Part shown: positions 15,520 through 24,000 of the stretch, one piece after another | How positions within the stretch are numbered: the stretch's first letter is position 1 | Layout: each line of letters opens with the position of its first letter | Assembly: GCA_964604825.1 (NCBI GenBank) | Contig: CAZSAL010000015.1 | Location: 18,291 to 42,290 of the forward strand | Origin: an uncultured Elusimicrobia bacterium | GTDB lineage: Bacteria > Elusimicrobiota > Elusimicrobia > 2-01-FULL-59-12 | Direction: 5' to 3' | Length of the DNA stretch: 24,000 nt | The notes under the pieces: model-generated | What the model was told of the DNA's origin: nothing | Database searches by the model: none | What the model saw: only the letters and a program-made list of their open reading frames with translations | Position numbers and translations under genes: made by a program

Positions 15520-18222
15520 TTACTTGGATGATTTGACTGTCAGCTTTTTGACAAAATTTCCCACCTGGCCGAGCGCGTTTTCCAGCGCCGCCAAGTTTTT
15601 TCCTCCGCCCTGGGCGAAATCAGGTCGTCCTCCGCCGGAACCCTGAAGAAGAGATGCCAGTTCCCGTGCCAGCGAGCCGGCGTTCAGGCCGCGCTCCACG
15701 GCGGTTTTGCTTACGGAAATCACAAAACTTACTTTTTCCTCTTTTACGCTGGCGATGACGACCAGATCAAGATTCCCGCTGTCCCGCAGACGGTCGGCAA
15801 TTTCACGAAGCTGCTTGTCGTCAATGCCATCCATGCGTTGACTGATGAAGCGAATGCAGCCGACTGTCTGAGATGATTTGGCTATGTCATCAAATTTGCT
15901 GCGCAGGGCGCTTGATTTCAAACTGCGGATTTCTTTCTCCAGATCTTTTTCCTGCTGAAGAATCCTGTCGATGCGCGTTTGAATCTCCGCCGGAGTGGTA
16001 TGTAGAACTTCGGCTGCGGTAGACAGCTGATACTCCATGCGCCGAACGGCCTGAACCGCCGCCTTGCCTGCGACTGCCTCGATGCGCCGTACTCCCGCCG
16101 AAATTGCGGTTTCGCTGAGTATCTTAAAAAAGCCAATCTGCCCGGTTGCGTTGACGTGTGTTCCGCCGCAAAGCTCCAGGCTCCACGCTTCCGGTGCGCG
16201 CTGCCAGTCTTCATCCGACACCATCACCGCGCGCACCTGGTCGCCGTACTTTTCGCCGAAAAGCGCCATGGCTCCGGCTTTCTGCGCTTCTTTGATTGAA
16301 ACCTGATGCACATGCACGGATACATTTTTCAAAATCTGCTCGTTTACTAGATCTTCAACGCGCTGGCGCTCCTCCTGCGACAATGCGGCGTAATGCGTGA
16401 AGTCAAACCTGAGGCGGTCCGGCGCAACCAGCGAGCCGGATTGGGTGACATGTAAGCCAAGGACCTGGCGCAGGGCCTTGTGCAGCAGATGTGTCGCCGT
16501 ATGATGGCGCATTGTGGATGCGCGGCTTTCAGCGTCAACTTCCGCCTTGACGGAGTCGTCCGCCGAGAGAACCCCGCTTAAGATCTGAACGCGGTTAACC
16601 GTAAGCCCTTCTACCGGAGCCCTGGTGTCAAGAATCCTGGCCTTGCCATGAGCGCTTTCAAGCACGCCCTGATCGCCCACCTGACCTCCTCCTTCCGCAT
16701 AAAATGGAGTCTCGGACAGCGCCAACTCCCCTTCCTGTCCCGCCTTCAAAGACGAAGTTTCGACCCATTTGTCGCCTTCCTTAAGAAACATGGGCCTTGC
16801 GATTTTCGTCTGCACCGTGAGCGAATCATAGCCTCGAAAAACGGATGAGACTCCTACTTTGGACTTCCAGTCACGATAGCGTCCTACGTCCTGCGCTCCA
16901 GACCCTTTCCATGCCTGCCTGGCCAGTTCCACGGCCTGGGCCTGAGCCTTTTTGAAACCGTCTTCATCTACGGTAAATCCCATACCTTCCGTCATCTCCC
17001 GGGTCAGTTCAAACGGGAATCCGAAAGTATCATAAAGCTGAAAAATTTCTTTGCCCGGCAGCGTGGTCTGTCCCCGTTTTTTTGCTCCCTCCACAAGCTG
17101 TTCAAGCTGACGGGTTCCCGTATCCAGCGTTTCCAGGAATTTCTCCTCTTCCATTTTGACAACCGTCGCTATGGTTTCGCGCCGCTGCCGGACTTCAGGA
17201 TAGGCTTCCTGGATGTCGTCTACTACGGCCCCGGTTAGTTTGTAAACAAAAGGCTCCTGAACTCCCAATGTTTTTCCGGCGCGAACAGCCTGGCGCAGGA
17301 GCCGGCGCAGTACATATCCCCGGCCTTCGTTCGACGGAAGGATGCCGTCGCAGATCATAAAGGTTATGGCGCGGCTGTGGTCCGCTATGCGGCGGAAAGC
17401 CGCTTTATCCGGCGCGGCTTCTCCCGGTTCGTTTTTCTCTCTGGGGATTTCACGGTCAATGATTTTTCCCAGCGCCCGGAAGATCGTTTGGAATGCGTCC
17501 GTACCGAAAGGGCTGGCCACTCCCTGCACCAGCAAACTAAGACGTTCCAGTCCCATCCCCGTATCAATATTTTTCCTCGGCAGCGGGGTCAATTTGCCGT
17601 CAGCGCCGCGATTAAACTGGGTGAAAACAAGATTCCATACCTCAAGATATCTATCGCAGTCGCAGCCTACTCCGCAGCCCGGCTTGCCGCAGCCCCATTC
17701 CGGCCCGCGATCCCAGAGAATTTCCGAACAGGGACCGCATGGTCCGGTGGGCCCCATCGTCCAGAAATTAGTGTCGTCACCCAGCTTAATAATCCGGTCC
17801 TCGGGGAGATAAGACTTCCAGAGGTTAAACGCCTCGTCGTCGCTGTTATGAACCGAAGCGTAAAAACGGTCCTTCGGCAGTCCGATGGTAACCGTAAGAA
17901 ATTCCCAGCCCCATTCAATGGCATCTTTCTTGAAATAATCACCGAAGGAGAAGTTTCCCAGCATCTCAAAAAAGGTCAGATGCCGGAGAGTGTGGCCTAC
18001 CCTGTCTATGTCGGATGTGCGCAGGCACTTCTGACATGAAGCCGCGCGCTTGAATGGGCTTTTATCGGGATTTTCGAAGTTTGGTTTGAACTGCACCATG
18101 CCCGCGCTGGTGAATAAAAGCGTGGGATCTGTTGAGGGAATGAGGGAATCAGATGAAACAACACGATGCGCGCGTTTCTCAAAATACGCGAGAAACGCCG
18201 CGCGCACGTCTGCGGTTTTCAT
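15520..18222 (-). CDS. alaS: Alanine--tRNA ligase
   Basis: 900-aa ORF. N-terminus MKTADVRAAFLAYFEKRAHRVVSSDSLIP..DPTLLFTSAGMVQFKP; editing-domain motif HHTATHLLH and CGGTH; C-terminal DHHA1-like region. Confidence 0.97.
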   Translation of the reverse strand: MKTADVRAAFLAYFEKRAHRVVSSDSLIPSTDPTLLFTSAGMVQFKPNFENPDKSPFKRAASCQKCLRTSDIDRVGHTLRHLTFFEMLGNFSFGDYFKKDAIEWGWEFLTVTIGLPKDRFYASVHNSDDEAFNLWKSYLPEDRIIKLGDDTNFWTMGPTGPCGPCSEILWDRGPEWGCGKPGCGVGCDCDRYLEVWNLVFTQFNRGADGKLTPLPRKNIDTGMGLERLSLLVQGVASPFGTDAFQTIFRALGKIIDREIPREKNEPGEAAPDKAAFRRIADHSRAITFMICDGILPSNEGRGYVLRRLLRQAVRAGKTLGVQEPFVYKLTGAVVDDIQEAYPEVRQRRETIATVVKMEEEKFLETLDTGTRQLEQLVEGAKKRGQTTLPGKEIFQLYDTFGFPFELTREMTEGMGFTVDEDGFKKAQAQAVELARQAWKGSGAQDVGRYRDWKSKVGVSSVFRGYDSLTVQTKIARPMFLKEGDKWVETSSLKAGQEGELALSETPFYAEGGGQVGDQGVLESAHGKARILDTRAPVEGLTVNRVQILSGVLSADDSVKAEVDAESRASTMRHHTATHLLHKALRQVLGLHVTQSGSLVAPDRLRFDFTHYAALSQEERQRVEDLVNEQILKNVSVHVHQVSIKEAQKAGAMALFGEKYGDQVRAVMVSDEDWQRAPEAWSLELCGGTHVNATGQIGFFKILSETAISAGVRRIEAVAGKAAVQAVRRMEYQLSTAAEVLHTTPAEIQTRIDRILQQEKDLEKEIRSLKSSALRSKFDDIAKSSQTVGCIRFISQRMDGIDDKQLREIADRLRDSGNLDLVVIASVKEEKVSFVISVSKTAVERGLNAGSLARELASLLQGSGGGRPDFAQGGGKNLAALENALGQVGNFVKKLTVKSSK

Positions 18223-18237
18223 GACTCTTTGGGGTTT

Positions 18238-18675
18238 TTAGAACTTTCCCTGGCAGTTACGAAGTGGTGTCTTATAGCAGCGGCCATCTGCCGTCTGCAT
18301 TCGTGCCACGATGGTATGTTTGCCGGGGGTAGCCGTCCAGTCGTGCCACCAGTATCCGGCTGCGAACCGGCACGGCAGCCAACTGCCTCTGTCGATGGAA
18401 ATGTCAACCGAATCGGCGCCGCCAACTCCGAGACGAATGACATAATTGGACCCGAACAGCGTTTCACCTTCCTGCGGATAATCGATCCAGATATACGGCG
18501 GCTGCGGCGCCTTGCCGGGGATGGGCGATTCCGCGAAAAGGATTTCTTTTTTCTTTGACTCTTTCAGTCCGGATACGCGTTTGGCCAGACCAGAGGTTTT
18601 TTTTGCCATTTTTCTTTTTACTCCGGTGAGCAATTCGCTCGCCGTAGGAACTGAGCTGCCGCTTTGAAATACCAT
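18238..18675 (-). CDS. Small protein with a Lys-rich N-terminus and a C-terminal beta-sandwich (Ig-like/CBM-like) domain, function unknown
   Basis: The track ORF (219 aa) overlaps the GH57 gene. The ATG at 18675 has a strong SD (AAGGAGGGGTTC-ATG) and gives 145 aa. The C-terminal pattern YIWIDYPQEGETLFGSNYVIRLGVGGADSVDISIDRGSWLPCRFAAGYWWHDW..GKHTIVARMQTADG resembles Ig-like domains of the form VEVSxDGGxxWxxA...W.W. Confidence 0.6.
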   Translation of the reverse strand: MVFQSGSSVPTASELLTGVKRKMAKKTSGLAKRVSGLKESKKKEILFAESPIPGKAPQPPYIWIDYPQEGETLFGSNYVIRLGVGGADSVDISIDRGSWLPCRFAAGYWWHDWTATPGKHTIVARMQTADGRCYKTPLRNCQGKF

Positions 18676-18703
18676 GAACCCCTCCTTGGGATGATCTCTT
18701 AAA

Positions 18704-20317
18704 TCAGGCGACGGTCGCTTCCCTCTGGGCCGTACGGAAAACCCTGTAGTCCAGGTGAGGGAAGATATTGTCGCGCCGTTCAATTTCCGCCAAATAAGTT
18801 TCGTCGATCGTCCCACGCCGCAACTGATCGTTGAGACACAAAAATCGCTGCAGGTGATCACGGGTGCGTTTGCATGCGTAAGTATGCGCCGTGCCAACGG
18901 TCATAAGGAAAGCCCAGTCCGAGGATTGCGCCAGATATAGTTCACGTGCCGTCTGATTCAAAGCGCGTTCCTGAAGGCCGGAAGCGGCTGGAAATCGTTC
19001 AGCCAGTTCGATCATCGTTTCAGACGCCTTATGAAGATGCCGGTAAATCCAGTCGTTTGCCCCGTTGAGCCAGACTTCATGATAACCCTTGTCTCCCCAA
19101 GAGGACATTTCGGGCTGGATCATCTGGTTCTGCGGATTTTCGTTCAAATATTCGCTTGGAGTAATAAGGCTTACGTCCTTCTGGTCGTAATGCAGTTTTC
19201 TGCAAAGCATCTCTAGAAAATCCGGCCCCTCGTACCACCAGTGCCCGAAGAGTTCTGCGTCGTACATTGAGGTAACGATTGGTTTTTTGCCAAGAAAGCC
19301 GTGAAGGTGCATGGCCTGCTGCTGCCTGTTGAACATGAAGTTCCCGGCGTGTTCCGCAGCCACGTTGCGGGCTTCCTCGGGATTGTATGGCATTTTCGCG
19401 TGCAGAGGCACGCGTCCGGTTATCTTGTAGTATTTGAGGCCCACATTTCGACGCACGCCATCAGCGTGCAGATACGGCCTGATGTAGTTGTAGTCAAGAT
19501 CGTAGCCTACGTCACGGTAGAATTCTCGGTATCTGGAATCTCCGGGGTATCCGGCGTCCGCGGACCATACCTGGTGCGCAGACTCCATGTCGCGTCCAAA
19601 AGCGGCAACGCCCGACGGACAATAAACCGGCGCGTAAACGCCGTAGCGCGGGCGCGGCCTGCCGTACAGAAGTCCGTGCGCTTCCATGAAAAAGTAGCGG
19701 ATGCCGTTTTCCCGCAGGAGCTGGTCATCTCCCAGATTGTAAGCGCATTCCGGGAGCCAGATGCCGCGCGGGCGGCGTCCGAAATGGCGCTGATAGTCGT
19801 CAACCGCAACGCGGATCTGCGCGCGCGCCGCCTGGCGATGCAGCATCATAGGCAGGTAGCCGTGTGTTGCGCCGCAGGTGATAATCTCCAGAACCCCCTG
19901 GTCTTGAAGCTGCCGGAAAGCCTGGATAAGATTGCCTCTGTACCAATCGTCGAACAATTGGCGGCATCGTGAAATTTTACGCTGATACATCAGCGCGGAC
20001 CCATGGAACTCGGGCTGATTCCGGGTACGAAACTCCTCTTTGTTCGAAAGTTCCAGCAGGTTGTAAAGGTAGCGCCTGTAGCGCGATTGCAGAAGGCTGT
20101 CTGAAAGCATTGCGCACAGAGGCGGCGTGAGTGACATCGTGAAACGGAAATGGATCTTTTCCGAAGAAAGCCGCGTCATCATGTCGATGAGCGGAATATA
20201 GGTTTCCGTTATCGCCTCATAAAGCCAGTCTTCCTCCAGAAAGTCTTCGTGCTCCGGGTGGCGCACGAACGGAAGATGAGCATGGAGAACAAGAGAGAGG
20301 TAGCCGTGTTCACCCAT
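18704..20317 (-). CDS. GH57-family 1,4-alpha-glucan branching enzyme
   Basis: GH57 signatures: N-terminal GYLSLVLHAHLPFVRHPEHEDFLEEDWLYEAITETYIPLI, nucleophile region GIWLPECAY, acid/base region YDAELFGHWWYEGPDFL. I prefer the ATG at 20317 (MGEHGYL...), which overlaps the DUF4912 stop by 8 nt. The track's upstream extension is out-of-frame overlap. Confidence 0.9.
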   Translation of the reverse strand: MGEHGYLSLVLHAHLPFVRHPEHEDFLEEDWLYEAITETYIPLIDMMTRLSSEKIHFRFTMSLTPPLCAMLSDSLLQSRYRRYLYNLLELSNKEEFRTRNQPEFHGSALMYQRKISRCRQLFDDWYRGNLIQAFRQLQDQGVLEIITCGATHGYLPMMLHRQAARAQIRVAVDDYQRHFGRRPRGIWLPECAYNLGDDQLLRENGIRYFFMEAHGLLYGRPRPRYGVYAPVYCPSGVAAFGRDMESAHQVWSADAGYPGDSRYREFYRDVGYDLDYNYIRPYLHADGVRRNVGLKYYKITGRVPLHAKMPYNPEEARNVAAEHAGNFMFNRQQQAMHLHGFLGKKPIVTSMYDAELFGHWWYEGPDFLEMLCRKLHYDQKDVSLITPSEYLNENPQNQMIQPEMSSWGDKGYHEVWLNGANDWIYRHLHKASETMIELAERFPAASGLQERALNQTARELYLAQSSDWAFLMTVGTAHTYACKRTRDHLQRFLCLNDQLRRGTIDETYLAEIERRDNIFPHLDYRVFRTAQREATVA

Positions 20318-21038
20318 TTGGTTTTTCCTTTGTCTGCTGAGGCGGCAGGCTGCGCGAACCGGAATAAGAAGAAACGGATGAAGAAATTCCAAACTCGAAA
20401 GGCTTTGACTGTGAAAAAGCTCCGGAGAAAACCGCGCGCAGGAATTCCCAGCGCAGCGCCATTCGATTAACCTGAGCCGCTTCCGGCAGATTTGCGGAAC
20501 TGCGTTGTAATGCGCCAACGTGCATCATCTGCGTCCATTCCTCCAGCGAATAGTCGACTGAGACCCAGTCTGCGTCAGTAAGGTCCGAAACACGCCCGAA
20601 TGGCATGGTGATGCAGTTTGAACTGAGAATGCAGAGAAATCGTCCATCCTTCAATCGCAGTCCCAGCTCTGCCCTGTAGGTGCGGCCTGATTGATCGACA
20701 TTAACGTACCAGTTCCGGCTGTCAAACTGGACATCCACGTCAAAAAAGCGCGGCCGGCTGGAGCCGTCCGATCTGCCCTCGTTGGAAATATCGTATACAC
20801 GAAGAATTTGCTGTCCTTCCTGCCATACCTGCTGCCCGTTCTGACGGGTAATTTCTTCATAGCGGTCGTTGGCGATATCCCAGTAAGCGAAAAACCAGAC
20901 CGGGTCGCGCACCATAATGACAAGCCGGTTGTCTCCGTATGCTTCCGGAATATCGGCGCCGTTGTCGAATTCTTCGGCAGATTCGACAATGAATTTCGGT
21001 GCTTCCTGTTGAGGTTGAAAATTACCGCTATTATCCAC
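20310..21038 (-). CDS. DUF4912-domain protein
   Basis: 242-aa ORF. The motif PEAYGDNRLVIMVRDPVWFFAYWDI is characteristic of DUF4912. GTG start at 21038 with AAGGA 6 nt upstream. It is often found next to GH57 genes. Confidence 0.75.
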   Translation of the reverse strand: MDNSGNFQPQQEAPKFIVESAEEFDNGADIPEAYGDNRLVIMVRDPVWFFAYWDIANDRYEEITRQNGQQVWQEGQQILRVYDISNEGRSDGSSRPRFFDVDVQFDSRNWYVNVDQSGRTYRAELGLRLKDGRFLCILSSNCITMPFGRVSDLTDADWVSVDYSLEEWTQMMHVGALQRSSANLPEAAQVNRMALRWEFLRAVFSGAFSQSKPFEFGISSSVSSYSGSRSLPPQQTKEKPNG

Positions 21039-21091
21039 AAGATTCCTTTACTTCAATTTAGATGAAAAGGTGGGGTATATCTATTAGAGTT

Positions 21092-21121
21092 AGTCTACCT
21101 GATCTGAAAAAGCTAAGTCAA
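21092..21121 (-). promoter_or_regulatory. Candidate sigma70-type promoter for the DUF4912-GH57 cluster
   Basis: The minus strand reads TTGACT (21121-21116), an 18-nt spacer, then TAGACT (21097-21092), in an AT-rich non-coding stretch about 55 nt upstream of the GTG start. This is a sequence match only. Confidence 0.3.
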
Positions 21122-21220
21122 GAAAATCCCTAAAAACGAAGCGTCTATCCTACCAAAATAGAAGCTAAAAATATCCGCTCTCGCGTCGAATAATCAGACC
21201 GTAAGGCCTACAGAAAACAT

Positions 21221-21385
21221 TTAAACCTTATCGTATTTTTCTACGAATTTTTTAATTTCTTCGATATGATTCAATACTAACTTTGCTTTTCTGACGCCGA
21301 ATGAAAAGGGAAATTTATCATCCGGAGTATTTTTAATTATAAGAACGGGATTCCCTTTATATTCCGCTTCGTTTGCTTCTGACAT
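21221..21385 (-). CDS. Small hypothetical protein (54 aa), AT-rich
   Basis: Not in the ORF track (under 60 aa). Hand translation: MSEANEAEYKGNPVLIIKNTPDDKFPFSFGVRKAKLVLNHIEEIKKFVEKYDKV. A strong SD (AAAGGAGATCCGACC-ATG) precedes it, and it starts 20 nt after the purH stop. G+C is about 32% by hand count (52/165). Confidence 0.55.
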   Translation of the reverse strand: MSEANEAEYKGNPVLIIKNTPDDKFPFSFGVRKAKLVLNHIEEIKKFVEKYDKV

Positions 21386-21405
21386 TGGTCGGATCTCCTT
21401 TAATA

Positions 21406-22980
21406 TTAATGTCGGAAATGGCGCATGCCGGTAAAGATCATTGCCATATTGTACTCATTGGCGGCGCGAATGGAATCATCATCTCTAACTGATCCTCCAG
21501 GCTGTATAATCGCGGCAATGCCCATCTTATGCGCTTCGTCGACGCAATCCCGGAAGGGAAAGAAGGCATCGGAAGCCAATACAATGGGCGATTGATGCGC
21601 AATGATCAGGTTCTGCTGTTGTTGTGCTTTCATCCAGGCAACCCTTAACGCATCTACGCGGGACGTCTGACCGGCGCCCAGCCCGATGGTCTGAAAACCG
21701 CGTGCCAGAACGATAGCGTTGGATTTCATATGTTTTGCTACCCTCCAGGCAAATTCAAGAGACGCCATCTCTTCCGCAGTAGGAGCGCGCCTGGTGATTG
21801 TCCGGGTTTCCGTGTGCCGTGCGAAATCTTTTTCCTGGACAAGTACTCCTCCGGAAACACGGCGCAAATCCAGTTCCCTGGCGGCTGTTGTCAATACTGA
21901 TGGCAGCTGGAGAATCCGTACGTTTCCCTTTTTTTTGAATATTTCAATCGCTTCCGGGCGATAACCGGGGGCCACAACGCACTCTAGAAATATTTTTATC
22001 AGTTCCTCTGCGGTCCGTCCGTCTATTTCCCTGTTGATTCCGACAATGCCGCCAAAAGCGCTGAGCGGATCGCAGGCAAGAGCCAGGCGAAACGCTTCGT
22101 CAGGACGATCCGCCAGGGCCGCGCCGCAGGGCGTATTGTGTTTGACGATCACACAGGCCGGCTTGTCAAACTCGCTGACGCAGTTCCAGGCGGAATCCAG
22201 GTCAAGATAATTGTTGTAAGAAAGTTCTTTTCCCTGGAATTTTTTCGCCGTGGTTATTCCCCAATCGCAGCTGCGGGCTCCGGTTTCGAGGTAGAGCGCC
22301 GCCTTCTGATGCGGGTTTTCCCCGTAGCGGATTGTTTGCATTTTTCTTAGGCCGATAGTCAGTTCTTCGGGGAACGGGTCCGTCTCTTTGCCGCGCTCCC
22401 GGAAATAGGAAGAGATAACTGCGTCGTAGCGTGCCGTATGCGCGAAAGCCTTGGCGGCCAGACGCCGCCTTGTCTCGAGCTGTATTTCACCGTTTGCTCC
22501 CGACATCTCTTCAAGGATTTTCGGATAATCCCCGGGATCGCAAACGATCGCCACATCATGAAAGTTCTTACCGGCCGCGCGCAGCAGCGCTACGCCCCCG
22601 ATGTCTATGTATTCAAGGAGGTCTTTTTCTTCGAGTATCGTTTCCGTGACAACTTTTTCGAACGGGTAAAGGTTCACGATTACCATGTCGATCGGATCTA
22701 TGCCGTGTTTAGACATGTCCTTCTCATGACGGGGGTTTCCCCGGATGGCGAGAAGCCCGCCAAATATTTTTGGATGCAGGGTTTTGACGCGGCCATCCAG
22801 AATCTCAGGATAACCGGTAAGCTCTTCCACCTCACGCACGGGGACTTCACCCTGTTTTAGCGCTTTGGCTGTTCCGCCGGTGGAAATAATTTCCCACCCC
22901 TTGGCGGCAAGGGCACTGGCAAACTCGACTATGCCTGTCTTATCGGTGACACTGATCAGAACGCGTTTTTTCACGGGCAT
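21406..22980 (-). CDS. purH: Bifunctional AICAR formyltransferase / IMP cyclohydrolase
   Basis: 524-aa ORF. N-terminal MGS-like domain (RVLISVTDKTGIVEFASALAAKGWEIISTGGTAKAL), C-terminal AICARFT domain, and ending FTGMRHFRH. Confidence 0.97.
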   Translation of the reverse strand: MPVKKRVLISVTDKTGIVEFASALAAKGWEIISTGGTAKALKQGEVPVREVEELTGYPEILDGRVKTLHPKIFGGLLAIRGNPRHEKDMSKHGIDPIDMVIVNLYPFEKVVTETILEEKDLLEYIDIGGVALLRAAGKNFHDVAIVCDPGDYPKILEEMSGANGEIQLETRRRLAAKAFAHTARYDAVISSYFRERGKETDPFPEELTIGLRKMQTIRYGENPHQKAALYLETGARSCDWGITTAKKFQGKELSYNNYLDLDSAWNCVSEFDKPACVIVKHNTPCGAALADRPDEAFRLALACDPLSAFGGIVGINREIDGRTAEELIKIFLECVVAPGYRPEAIEIFKKKGNVRILQLPSVLTTAARELDLRRVSGGVLVQEKDFARHTETRTITRRAPTAEEMASLEFAWRVAKHMKSNAIVLARGFQTIGLGAGQTSRVDALRVAWMKAQQQQNLIIAHQSPIVLASDAFFPFRDCVDEAHKMGIAAIIQPGGSVRDDDSIRAANEYNMAMIFTGMRHFRH

Positions 22981-22993
22981 TTATCTTCCTCTC

Positions 22994-24000
<1,007 letters not shown>

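Noticed and set aside
20318-20518. Upstream extension of the GH57 ORF (track 18704-20518), and likewise the 219-aa version of ORF 18238-18897
   Set aside because: Both extensions overlap the preceding genes in another frame and have no family-like sequence. Internal ATGs (20317 and 18675) give canonical N-termini, one by 8-nt coupling and the other with a strong SD.
21062-21133. 23-aa plus-strand ORF (MKRWGISIRVSLPDLKKLSQENP) in the AT-rich spacer
   Set aside because: It has no RBS, it is antisense to the putative promoter and leader, and it is very short.
21195-21213. Possible intrinsic terminator after the 54-aa ORF
   Set aside because: The stem is only about 6 bp, including two G-U pairs, on the minus-strand RNA (UAGGCC-UUAC-GGUCUG), and it has no U-tract.

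Overview
This 24-kb bacterial window is moderately GC-rich and uses Shine-Dalgarno sites. It is almost entirely core or housekeeping genes. From 2370 to the right edge, every gene lies on the minus strand and most are tightly packed or translationally coupled. In transcription order (right to left) they are: ligA (partial), purH, a 54-aa AT-rich ORF, a DUF4912 / GH57 branching enzyme / small beta-sandwich protein cluster, alaS, tRNA-Arg(CCG), sppA, two membrane proteins, a stand-alone RAM (AsnC-type ligand-binding) domain, an active plus inactive M16 peptidase pair, a five-gene peptide-type ABC importer, an acyl-CoA-synthetase-like enzyme, and cca. At the left end, a plus-strand clan GH-A glycoside hydrolase diverges from a truncated GPH/MFS transporter. 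I found no defence island, CRISPR array, transposase, integrase or obvious novel multi-gene system. Two things are unexplained by ordinary gene content. First, a 175-bp spacer splits the two ABC permease genes and holds ten copies of GGTGTATCA, arranged as two co-oriented 54-bp modules that each end in a hairpin. Second, a 93-nt G/C-rich triple-hairpin element sits in frame inside cca. Lesser oddities are the AT-rich small ORF after purH and a tRNA gene wedged 11 nt upstream of the sppA start. All calls come from reading the sequence and ORF translations by eye; no database searches were run.
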